Assembly: GCA_036172245.1 (NCBI GenBank)
Contig: JAYWIR010000009.1
Span: 4,402,001 to 4,466,000 of the forward strand
From: Raillietiella orientalis
Taxonomy: Eukaryota
Direction of reading: 5' to 3'
Length of the DNA stretch: 64,000 nt
This document shows positions 24,640 to 35,779 of this stretch, one piece after another (the first letter of the stretch is position 1; each line of letters starts with the position of its first letter). Both the position numbers and the translations under genes were made by a program. The notes under the pieces are model-generated. The model saw nothing but the letters and a program-made list of their open reading frames with translations. It was not told the origin of the DNA and made no database searches.

Positions 24640-25200
24640 AGCTCGTGTTGCCTTAGAGTAGGAGGCGAACGGAACCTTTGTACCACAAGGGTCGACTAGG
24701 GTTTGGGGATCTTCGCAAAGGACTGTTTCATCTGTTGGGCCGCCGAAAAGATTCTCTTCTTGTCCCTGATGCAGGGACTGACATACAAGCTTCCAGCCAG
24801 GCATCTCGGTGCTCGGGAACTGCGCGGAGTGCGCCCCTTAGGAAAGCCCTTTGGGGCACAGGGAGGTCCCGTGTCCGCTTGAAAGACTTGTGTGGTCCAC
24901 GCAGGGACGGTGGATTGGGACTCCTAACGTTGGAGCGCATGGAGCGGCAGCTCCAATTCAGAAGTGCCGTCTCAACGCTTTCCTCGGCGTTCTTCCCGCG
25001 GTCGTTTTCAGCTGCTCGTTTTGGTTTCGCGTGTCTCGCACTTTTAGCATCAGCCCAGAGGAGAGCTCCACAGGAGGGTCGGCTGTTCCGCAGGACCAGG
25101 AGGGACAGCATCCCCGCATTCGTCCGGCTTTGCCCCCTCATCCGTGGCTTGGTGAGGGAATGGAAGCGGAGGCGAATTTAGCACCGTCCCGGTTCCACCC
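24640..25200 (+). mobile_element. L1/Tx1-like ORF2 fragment (post-RT GGLG region)
   Basis: ALWGTGRSRVRLKDLCGPRRDGGLGLLTLERMERQLQFR matches the FLW...L..P...GGLG(L/I) motif of L1/Tx1-clade ORF2. Near-identical peptides occur at ~34100 (-) and ~37030 (+). Confidence 0.8.
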
Positions 25201-26244
25201 TCATCCGTTCCCTGCTAAATGATGGGGTGAGGGGTATCCCCCAAACCGAAGACCGGTGCTCCTCCTTCTCGCCTCTCGACGGTGGAATGCGGCAGCAGAA
25301 CGTTCGCTTCGGAATGCCGAAGGCGTTCCAAAGGTCATCACACAGATGCCCTTCCCGATTGATTGTTCTGCCATGTCGATTTGCCTTCGAACAATGCAGG
25401 TCGCTTCGAGACCGTCCCGAGAAAAGACTTGCTGAGAAAAAGTTCCCGAAAGAGCTGATGACCTCTCAGGTCGTGCGAGACAACTGTGAAGATTTGTCTC
25501 TGCTGGTGAAGTGAAGCAGCGCGAGGGCCGCTGTCGGCGGGTGGTTCCTCTTCGAGAGGGCGCGCGGAGCCGCTCCTCCGTTGGGACCCTCGAGGTCGAA
25601 CCCTCCCCTCCCGCTCTCCACCCTCTGTCCTGCCGTCCACGATCGCGAACGCCTCCGCGCGCTGCTCCTGCGGGGAACAGAAGGGGGACGTCGCCTCGAA
25701 GGTGTTCCGATGAAACGCCGGAGCGAGCACCCCGCCAGAGGAGAAGGAAGGGCAGGTGGTGGGACCGTCCCGGAGGCGCGACTCGTTCAAAGGCGAGGAG
25801 CGGAAGTAGCGGCGCTCCCGAAACAGGACTAAGATGGGAACCCCGGTCGAAGTCTGGAGCGGTCTTTCGTGACCTTGGGTGCGATGACGTTAAGAGGAGA
25901 GACGAAGGAGCTGCCCTGCGTCACTGGCTCGCTGCATTCGCCCTTGACCAAACAATCCACAAAACTGCGCCTCCGACCTAGTAGAACAGCGACGACGACC
26001 GGAAGGGCTAAAGTTCCGTCTCGAAAGGGAAGAGTCCGGCGCCCACATCGAGGAAGAAGGAGGGATGGATGGCTGCAGGAGCGGAAAACGGAAACAGAAA
26101 CTCCGAAGGGTTGCCAATAGCGAGGAAGGACCACCCGAGCTAATTGAACCGCCCAGCAGCTGCAGCCTTCCTCCGGAGCTTCCCTCGGGATAGATGGATG
26201 GAGCTCGTTGGAGCGGAAGACGAACGGGGTCTCATCCTGGAAGC

Positions 26245-26485
26245 GTAAAGAAAAGAGAGAGGGAAAAAAGAGGAGGAAGGGAGGAGAGGTAAGAAGAGAA
26301 GAGAGGAAGAGGGAAAGAGAAGGAGAAGAGAAGAAAAGGAGGAAGAGGAGGAGGAGTAAGAAGAGAAGAAGATAAAAGGAGGAAGAAGAGGAGGAGGAGG
26401 AAGAAAAGAAGAAGAAGGGAGGAGGAGAAGGAACAGAAGAGGAGGAAGGGAAGGAGGAAGCAGGTGAAGGAGGAGGAGGAAGAGT
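26245..26485. repeat. Polypurine (GGA/AGA)n tract
   Basis: Direct reading. Confidence 0.9.
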
Positions 26486-26999
26486 GAAACGCTCCGTGAA
26501 AAGATATTGCCAGTCCTACAGTTGGTGGGCCGTCGGGGTAGCAAGGGTTGATCAACACTCTCGCGCTTCCCACCGTATTCGGGCTCACGAGAGAAGCAGA
26601 CCATGGTTTCGTCCTAGTCGCTGTAAAGAGGTGCGGGGAAATCAAACACGGCTGGGCCGCAGCTCGCCGTCGGCTGCAGAGGAGGAGTGGTGCTTAGGAA
26701 AGGTTCCGGGATGAAGGGAAGGCTAAAGAGGTGAATGAGTGAGTGTGCCACGCCGTACCGGGGCCTGCGACTGCCTGCTCTGGCGGCGTCGCTTCGCGCC
26801 GGCGGTTTTCGCTCTCCTTAGCAGGTCGCTCGTGCTGCCTGTCGCGGAGGACGAGCGCGCGCTCCTCGCCGCGATTCCCACGTCGCCATCGATGCCACCG
26901 CCTAATGCTTCGCGGAAGTTTATCACCAGGATATGCCGGGGCATTTATTATTCTAATTTCCTACAAAATGAGATAATAAAGTCTTTTCACAGTTTTTTG

Positions 27000-29900
27000 T
27001 GGGGAACAGTTGGTTCTCCCACGCTGGCGGACTTGTCGGGAGCCGGTGCTGAGACCGGCGAGGTTCTCTCCCGAGGCGCAGGGGAAGGGGAAACTGAAAC
27101 AAAACGAAACAAAAAGAGAAATAACGGGGAGGGTAACAGTTATATAGGGGAGTGGAGGGCAGGGAAGGGATCACTGGGCGCCTGGGTCGGTCCTCAGCAT
27201 CCTATACAGTATGCTGACAAGTTCTGCTTTTATTATATATGGTAGACTCCACCTTGTCGCCGTCTCCAAAGAGATCGTCGTCCAGTGGATGGCATCTTTG
27301 CATCTTGGGCCTCTTCTTCTTGCGTGCCACCTTTGCACGATGCCGTGCACGCAGCAGAGGACTGCTAGCGACTCAGCGAGGCGCAGGCCGTCACGCAGAA
27401 AGAGGCGTCGGTATATGTCCTTAGGGTCGCCTCCTTGAAGATGGAGGATTGGGGCAAGTCGACTCCAACGTCCGACCAGGGCAACACACTCGAAAGTAAG
27501 ATGCGGGAAGGTTTTCCTTTCACCGCACTCGACGCAGCGGGCATCCACATTCCCCAGTGTCCAGTGAGACAGGCGTGCTCTGCTTAACAGTCCCCAGTGC
27601 AGAAATAGCAACGCCATCTCCTGCCACTTTAACGGAAGGGTGCCGCAATCCCAACACGCTGGGGGCCACTTCACCTCCTCCGGAGGTATTGCGAGCAGCT
27701 CTCCCCAGCGCGCAAGTCCGTGAGGCGAGACGCTCGGGGTGGCAGCGTCCGCTAGCTCCCGAGCCGTCCACGCCTTTAATGGTTTCCTCCTGCCTCGGAT
27801 GAGGCAGGACACTTCCCACGATGCTCCCTCGTTGCTGCTCCTAATGTTCTTCAGGGAGGACAGAACGGGGGCGAGGGGGGTGAAAGAAACCCACAGAAAC
27901 TTCCGCGGCTTGTTGATGATCTCCTGCAGGGGTTGTCCAGCATTGGGTCCTCGACAGAGGCAGTTGTACTCCGCCTCGCTTGTGCCGGAAGTGGTCAAAG
28001 TTGCGCCGCGACTCTCCCGTCTGCTCCCGCGTTGTGCGCGCCCCCTCCATCCTGCTCGTCTCTTTTCTTTTCATCTTCACGAAGGGCTTCGTTTCCCCTG
28101 GCCAAACAACTGTTGCGAAGGAAATGACCTGGATCTATTCTCTAGCTTGAGGGTGAGAGTCAGACCTTCTTGAACTCTGAGGTCCAGATCCATGAATGCT
28201 CAAGGTGAGGTCAGCAGAACGGCCGATGCAGCAAACGTTGAGGCAGAAGGCCACATGTGACCCTCATCAGGTTTCTCGAGAGGTGCTGGTTGCCATGGAC
28301 AGACAGAGCAGTGGCAACCATGGGAATCGGAAGCTTCCTAGGGAGTGGGTGCAGCGGCTAGTAGCAACCGATCCCGAAAGCGGATGGCATTCAAAGGTCA
28401 ACCCTGCACACAACCTTCGGATGGAGGTGCTCCTGCCCTCTGGCATTCCGTCGGAGCAGGACCACAGGTTCCTCAAGTCCCTAAGAGATGCGCGCGCGGA
28501 AGGGTTTCTTTGGGTGAACCTGCTTGAAGCCTCCGCCGCCTGCGCAGATCTTGGTGACAGCAGCGAATTCCCCAAGGAGATCCAGGAAGTATGATGCGGA
28601 AGGAGGGGACTATGGATACAGCCCCTGAGCATGGCTCGGCCAACTCTGAGCCCCGCATCCCCGTAGACAGCGAGGAGGGATGCTGTGCGGCTCCAATTCC
28701 GGATGACCACGCCCGTGGCAGGCGGTCGGTGGAGAAACCGCACGGCATCCTTCCTTCGGACCAATCCACAGAGCGTGCAGAGCAGGCTTGCTGACCAGGA
28801 AGCAAAAAGTGGTCCAGAGGGGTTTCACTTGCACCTGAGAGAATCGAGATAGACCGCGCGTCGGCTATTTGCATGAGAAACTGCCCAGCAAGATGCACGG
28901 TGGTGGCAACGGAGTTCACTCCCACCCCATCCCCTGAAAAATAAGTCTAACTTTGTACTCGTAAAGACTCGGTTGAACTATCAAGGGACCCTTCCGCTAC
29001 CGTGTGGGGTATCTGAGGAAGACATCCTGCGGGGGAGGGGGGAGAGCGAGGAACAATGGAACCAGTCACCGATCTGGACCAAAATACACCTTTTTCCATG
29101 CTCCTCTTCCTCCCTTCCTCCTCCTCCTCCTTCATCCTTTATATTTCTTTTCCCTCCCTCCCTCCACTTCTTTCTCCCTCTCCCTGACTCCACTTCCTCA
29201 TTCTCTCTTCCTTTTCCTCCCCCTTCTCTTTCCTTTTATGCTCTTCTACACCTCTCACGCTCCTGGCCAGCGTGAAACCTCTTCCGATAGAGTTAGGGCG
29301 AGCCATGGCTCTCTTCAGGCCTCTCAGCGTCTCGATGGAGGCCGCGTTACCTCCTCGTGCAAACTTTCCCAACGTGCCAGGACGCTCGTCACAGGCAAGG
29401 CGGCGGCGGGTGTGCCTTTCCGGCCTGAATTGGAGTACAGCGGGACAATTGGCGGGAACGAGCGTAAGGCGGTTCGGGACTGCTGTCGCGTTGGGATGTT
29501 CGCTTTAAAGTAAGCAGACAAACAAGGAGAACGGCTGGGCATGACGTTCCGACGAGTCGAACGATCCTTTAGTGGGTGCCGAGGAGGTCCGCAAACGGGA
29601 CGGAAGCGAAGAAGAACGATTGTTCTCGCAGTTGGGAAGGGTAAGCGGAGGAGGGATTCCTGCCCGTCGTCTGCATCCTGTGCAGGAACCGGCCAGCTCG
29701 TCTCTTCCAGGTGGGTACATCTAGTCTCGATCTGCAGGGTTGCCAAGTGGGCGACTTCCCTCTTGTGGTGCCCCCTCACGGCCTCGAAGTGACGTCGCGG
29801 GGCGGTCCGTCTCGCCTCGTGCGGAACGGAAACGGGGGTCGAAGAAGGGAAGCGACGGAGACCTTGCCGGTGGAGGACCCCTTCCTGCGGGAGCAACTAG

Positions 29901-30000
29901 TGATTTCGGAACGGCGCCATTCCCGTCCTCTGTAGGCAACCGGACCACCGGACCAGACCTCTCTGAGGGACAGGATCCTCCTGAGGGAGCGCCAAGGCAT
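27000..30000 (-). mobile_element. Degenerate L1/Tx1-like element: endonuclease-like region (~28200-28930) joined to ORF2 C-terminus with zinc finger (27171-27998) and 3'UTR
   Basis: RCVECGERKTFPHLTFEC is a CX2C...HL..EC zinc finger; ELVSILYRMLRT is the family end motif. Upstream AVYGD, DLRNLW..LTF..SR resemble AP-endonuclease motifs. Confidence 0.7.
29100..29255. repeat. Polypyrimidine (CCT/CTT)n tract
   Basis: Direct reading. Confidence 0.85.
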
Positions 30001-30749
30001 TTCCTGGTTCTGCCCACGGGGTTGCCCGCGCGGATTCAGTCCGGCTACCCTGCCCGCGCCGCCACCCCCACTGGAACGACCCGCTTCCCGAAGCAGCAGC
30101 TCGAAGGATTCCCCGAGCGACGCCGCCGGGGCTGGCGAGGGCAGAAGGATGGAAGGATCTCCGGAGTCTCCCTTGCTCTCTCAGCGCCTACTCCAAGTAG
30201 ATCGCCAAGGTCCAGGTTGTCATCCCACCCCACTCCCCTCTGCGCCGGTAGGCCGTGCACGCGTTGACTGTCCTCCGACCCTCGCTTGTCCTTTGTACTC
30301 CTTCCTACCCCCCCGAGAGCCCTGAAGAAGCGAACCGAGGTATTCCGGGGGGAGGGGGCAGCAGATGTTCCGGGTTTTCCCGAAGGACCCGTGCGCTCCG
30401 CGCCGGGGCGGCGTGCTCGGCGTCCTCGCACGCTGAAGAGGATGGAGGGTCACGAAGAGCAGCCCTGGAGCGTCGGAGTTGTGGAGCGCCCGCTGGTGCG
30501 AGCTCTTTCCTTTCTCGCCTGCAACAGTCGCCGACAACTGCGGCGACGCGGCGCTGCCAGCTCCCTTAGATGGCTGCCTCGAGCTGTGGCGCCTGGAAAC
30601 GGGAAGCAGCTCAGACGTGGGCAAAGAGGAGCGGGTCTACCCTGAGTTTGTTGCACCCCAGACGCCCTCGTTGCTCGCTGGAGGAGATGATGAACCGTCC
30701 GAGGAAGACCTTGTAGGCCCGGCGACCTGCCTCTTTGCCGCGATGCCGT

Positions 30750-32400
30750 CGATCCTACAGGGACAGCCAGGACAGCCGCCGTCCCGCAAGATGGGAACAA
30801 AATTTCGAGATCCCAGGAAAAGGAGAAGAAACTGGGAAGCTGGATGGCGTGTCAGCCGCCGCCCTTCTCAAAGGACTCTTCGGAATTCCGGCGGAGGAAG
30901 TGGAGGTTCCCGCGGCATTTCTTCGACAGCTCCGCGATTTCCCCGAAGTGGGGGTCTCCGGGTGCGCAGCGACTGCTCTGCATCGGTCCACTCCGTGCGA
31001 CGCGCGCGCGAGCCTCCATCACTGCTGGACCAGGGAAAGTGCGGCCCCATGGGGGTGGCAGGTACGGCGAAGGAAGGGAAAACACTCCGCACCTGCTTTC
31101 GAAGTGCGTTGCCCTCCGGTGGGGGAAAGGTGGACGCCTGACCACATCCCTGGACTTCCCAGAAGACTGAATCATTGAGAGACTTGCTTACGTGTGGCCG
31201 CGGGATGTTGCCTGCTGCGACGACGGCAGCTCCGCGCAGAGGCAGAGGCCGGAACAAAAAAAGCCTCCACCTCCTTCGTCCTCTCGTTCCCGTGGATCGC
31301 TGCGAGATGGCAGCACTTGAGGGCACAACCGGGAACAACTTGCGGGCATACTCAAGAGGGTGAAGAGGGCCACCAAGAGGCAATCTGTGACCCCCCTTCC
31401 CCAAGCAATTTGAAAATCTTTCTGTTGAATTTTTATTGATTTTTTTCTTCTTTCCCTCCTCCCGAACTTCTCTGCGCGCACCCTTTCCGGCGACTGCCCT
31501 GAGCAGAATGGGGACTCCTCCGGAACCTCCGGCAGTAATGGTATAGGACTACCACTGCGAAAAGACCGAATGATTGTTGACCAAATTTCTATTTTTCTTT
31601 TTTTTACAATGGACGCCCCGGAGTGATCTGGTGGAAATGCGTGGTGGTTGTCCGCGTTGAGAGACGTTGTGGTCAGCGCGCGCTGCTCCACCTGGAGACC
31701 GGAAGCGCGGTCAGGAAACCCATATGTCCCTGGAAGGAGTTCCTGACGGCCGACGCAGCCGAACGCCTCTAGCAGGACTCCCCAAGCGACGCCGACCGGG
31801 AGCAAGAGGACGGAAGGGTCTCCCAAGTCCCCCCGCGCGTCCTCAGCGCCCCCTCCAAGTAGGTGCCAGGAAGCCAGGTTTCCACTCCCGCTGCCACCCC
31901 TCCCTAAAGGACTCCTCAGAATCCCAGCGGAGGAAGTTCAGGTCCCCGCGGCGATTCTTCGCAGTCCCGCGCTTCCCCGGAAGCGGCGAGACTGCGGGTG
32001 CGCCGCGACTGCTCTGCTCTGCACGACTGCCTGGTCTATCCCGTGCGCCGAACGATGCCTTGCCAGAGAAAGTGCATTCCCCGGGACGTGGCAGGTCGGC
32101 GAGAAGGAAGGTCTCAGCTGACCTTCCTTCTCGCCCTCGGCCAGCGGGCAGCCCGAAGAAGGTCGCCGAAACCACGCGCTGGTGACACGAACGGGTGGGC
32201 ATCCACCCCTTCGCCCCCCCCTCTCCCCCGGGAACGGCTCAAGGCTCTCATTGCCGCGTCCACTACGGCGGTAGGTCGCCAGGCGTTCCCCCCGCTGTCG
32301 CCCCGTCCTCTGAGGAAGGGCGGAGACTTGGGCCAAGCTACTCCCCCGGGGGTTCCGGAGAAAAGGACCTAGAGGGGATCCCTCCTTCGTTCCCGGAGCC
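30750..32400 (+). mobile_element. Two tandem decayed L1/Tx1-like ORF2 3' ends (~30750-31450 and ~31800-32400)
   Basis: GLFGIPAEEVEVPAA (30870) and GLLRIPAEEVQVPAA (31910) are homologous to LLAIPPEEVKWPPA (27690, -). The first copy is followed by a T-rich tract. Confidence 0.65.
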
Positions 32401-32789
32401 AAGGACCCTTGGAGAATGAAGGGATTAAGAAACGCCTACCTCCCAGCCGACGGCGTCCTCGGGACAGAGAGCAGCCGGCCGGTAGCAGACGGGAGGAGCA
32501 GCAGTAGCCGAGGACAGACGGCTGGCCACCGGAGCAGCTATTGGGTCAGTTCTGCCGCGAAGATGCTCCAGGGACCCATCAGAGGGAACTCCGTGGCCAG
32601 ACCATCCTCCTTGGACGGCCTGCCTGCGGGAACACAGGTCCTCCCCCCTTTTTTTTCTGGCTCTCAGGGAGTGCTGAAGAACCGTCCGCCTCCATAGGGA
32701 GGGGAGGGGGCTACGAAGCTCTTGCACACCACCTACTCCACTCGAGGGTGCGTGTCGATTCTCTAAGATCTAAGTTTAACACCCTGTCA

Positions 32790-34190
32790 TTTCATTCATA
32801 TGTTTATTATAAAACATAAACATACATGTGTAGGGCCATCGGCTGTACATTGTCCGAAAATGCTCGCAACCTGCCGAGTAACCGGCACGCAAACCGGCGA
32901 CGGTCGCCTCTTCTGCGGAGGGGGAGGGGACAAACAAAAAATAAGCAAAAAAAGTGTATACAACAATTGGGTGCAGGAGGGTGAGCGAGGGTGTCCTCTG
33001 CATCCTTTCCAGGATGCCGACAAGTTCCATCCGAGTATGCCCCAGGCGAGGCCATCTAGCCGCCGTCCTCATGAAGGGCTGGGCGAAGCAGGTGGCGTCC
33101 CGATGGCACCATCCTCCTCCCCTGGCGCAGCTCCAGGTCGCTACATTCCCGCATAAGCAGCAAAGAGCTGCTGGGGATGCGGCAGGCGGAAGGGCATCGC
33201 GCACGAAGAGGCGCTTCGTCATGTCCCTGGGATTGTCTGTCAGTGCACCAAGGGCCGTTGTGTAAGGCAAGAAAAGGGGCCATAGGGCAACACAGTCTGC
33301 TAAGAGGTGCGGGAGGGATTTCCCTTTCCCTACGCATGCAACAGTCCAGTGGGAGCGAGGGAGGTCTACAGTCCCCCGGGGCGAGTGGGAGCGGCGGAAG
33401 GTGCAAGGAACATCCCAGTGCAGCACCACTTCGGGGGGAGGACCCGCTTCAGCGCTGGAGGCCACTCGAGGCCTTCCTGTGGGATTCTCAGCGGTACACC
33501 CCAATGCAATAGTCCTTTCGGCCAAGCACTTGAGGTCGCAGAGTCCGTGAGCTCGCCCGTGTCCAGCCACCTAATTCTTTCGCCCTTTCTCCGATCTCAC
33601 ATCGGACCCCCCCCTTTGGTCGGATGGTTACTGCCCAGGTTCTCCCTGAGGGAGGGCAGTGCGGCGGCTAGGAAGGTTCTTTGCGTCCACGCACACGTGG
33701 TGGGCTGCAAGATGATGTCCTGCAGCGAGCAGTTGTTTCAGAAAAAGTGCAGCAGTCGCTGCCGCATCTCCGTGCTCGCTTCGTGGTTCCTGGCTCACGT
33801 GCGAACGGACACTTCCGTTCGCGGACCCGCAGAACATCCATCCGTGGCCAGCGTGGCCACCCGCCGGAGGTGCAGCCCGCAGCTGGACACGTTGCGTCTG
33901 CTCCGCTCCGCCAGGAAAGAAGATGGTCCGGCGAAGCCGGTGGCTCGCTTGACCAGGTATGGTGCGGACTCGCACGAGTTCGTGCTCCACATCTTCGTTG
34001 CTAGGGCAAGCGTCCTCCACTGGAGCTGCCGCTCCAGGCGTTCCAGCGTCAGAAGACCGAGGCCTCCGTAGCGACGCGGAGCGCACAAGTCCTCCAGGCC
34101 TCCCTGTGCCCCACAGGGCGATTCTGAGGAGGTCCTTCGCCCGCCTTTTGATGCTACACGGTGGTGGGCGAACTAAAAGCAGGGGGCAGT
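32790..34190 (-). mobile_element. L1/Tx1-like ORF2 3' part with 3'UTR
   Basis: IALWGTGR..CAPRRYGGLGLLTLERLERQLQWR, then the degenerate zinc finger CVGKGKSLPHLLADC, then ELVGILERMQRT. Confidence 0.8.
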
Positions 34191-34419
34191 AGAGGGGGGT
34201 CACAAACGCGTTTCACACCGCGGCTCGTCCCGGCAAGAGAAACTCGGCATCCTGAACTCTGCCTTCTGGAGGCAGCTGGACCACACCTCCGCTGGATAAT
34301 AGTTTCCTGGCGGAGGCGGGTACTGTGCTGCGTCTGCTGCCTTCATCGCTGTGTGATTCTCGTCTTCGTCGTCGTCATCCAAGTTGTAGGGGTACCCCGG
34401 GCGGGGATCTCCTCACGGA

Positions 34420-34700
34420 ATGCAGGAAGGTTCCGGAAGAAAAGAGTCCCTTCCTTCCTGGTCTCTCTTCGGAGGGCACCCCGAAGGAAACCACCCTTTC
34501 CTTGTTCCCTCCGGGGGGGTCTCCATTTGTGTGACTGCTCCATTATCTCTTCTCCCTAGGGATTTCCCTGGAAAGAATGCCCTCCCTGTTGGTCCTCCCC
34601 TAAGAGAACCCCAATGGACGCTTCCCGAGCGGCCCACACTCCTCTGCAGGGTGCCTGAGGACACGATGCGCGTGACCTCTGTCGAACGTCGAGGGTTTTG
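34420..34700 (-). mobile_element. SINE-like family body fragment
   Basis: aggaaggttccggaagaaaagagtccc...gaaggaaaccaccc..ttgttccctccgg matches 8085-8180. Confidence 0.65.
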
Positions 34701-35199
34701 AGGACAGGTGGCGGTAGCAGCCCTCTCGCGACGACTCCGGGAGCAAAAGTGTTCCCAGCTCTCCAAGTCCCGGAATCCGCGCGTTCTGCAGATATTCCGA
34801 CGGGAACCCCTACGGGGGGACACGCAACGGTAAAGGAGACCTCCAGTTAGCTACTCCCTGCGCCCCCCCCCCCCCCCCGAAGAGCAGCGTGGTCTTTCGG
34901 GGACGGGCCTTGAGGATCCTGCGCCACGAGGGAAGTCAAAGGAGGCGGCGCATCGCTCCAGTCGGGGATGCTGCGCTGCGGGCAGGAAAGGAGGTCCCGG
35001 GTTGAGACAGTCGGGGGGTGGTGAAGACGCAGGACAAAAGGGAGCGGCCGTTCCGGCAGCGACTGACGCGCCCAAGCCGTGCTGCAGGTCCACCCCACCG
35101 TCACCACCTTCAGATTGGCTGGCTATGCCTGCAAGGAGGGGAGAGAGCCTTCGAGGGCATCCTCGCGGTGCTATAAATAGCCGCCTGTGTCATTGTTGG

Positions 35200-35750
35200 A
35201 GACACGCGTTGGAGGCTGGGCGATGGCCGCGCTCTCCGCAAGTGGAGGCACCGGGCCGACGGCCATAGAAATGTGGAGTGCGTCATCGTGGGTTTCGAGC
35301 CCTCCCCTCCCGTAGGATTACACTGGTCGGGCATTGGGGCGCGGCGGCACCGGAGGAAATCTAATGCCCCTTTGAATAGCCGGGGTTGGGAGTCGACCCT
35401 CCGGGGTCTTCCAGGACAGCTCAAGGAGCCCTTCAAGGTTCCCCTCCGATTGGGAAAATGCAGTGCCCTCTATTGCGTGCCATGGAGCTGGTTGACGTCC
35501 CCCTCTAGGGGTTGCCTTTCCAGAGCGTAAGAAACTCCGCCCTTCAGAGAATTTGGGAAGGAGTTCTGTTCAGAGGAGCAAACCAGGAGACGCGGGTTCC
35601 CTCCGGAGAAGAAATGAGAAATGGATCCCCCAGGGGTCCCTCCGGAGAGAACAGTCCCTTCCTCCTTCCGGAGCCTTCCTATATCCGTAGGGGGGTTCCT
35701 CCGGGGTTTCCCTTTACAACTTAGAGAGCGACACGCACACTCTGGCGGCG
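35200..35750 (+). mobile_element. tRNA-derived SINE-like element, plus-strand copy
   Basis: Head ctctccgcaagtggaggcaccgg and GGTTTCGAGCC; the body is the reverse complement of 8060-8450. Confidence 0.68.
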
Positions 35751-35779
35751 TGCCAAATAGCTTCGTCTCCCTCCCTTCT

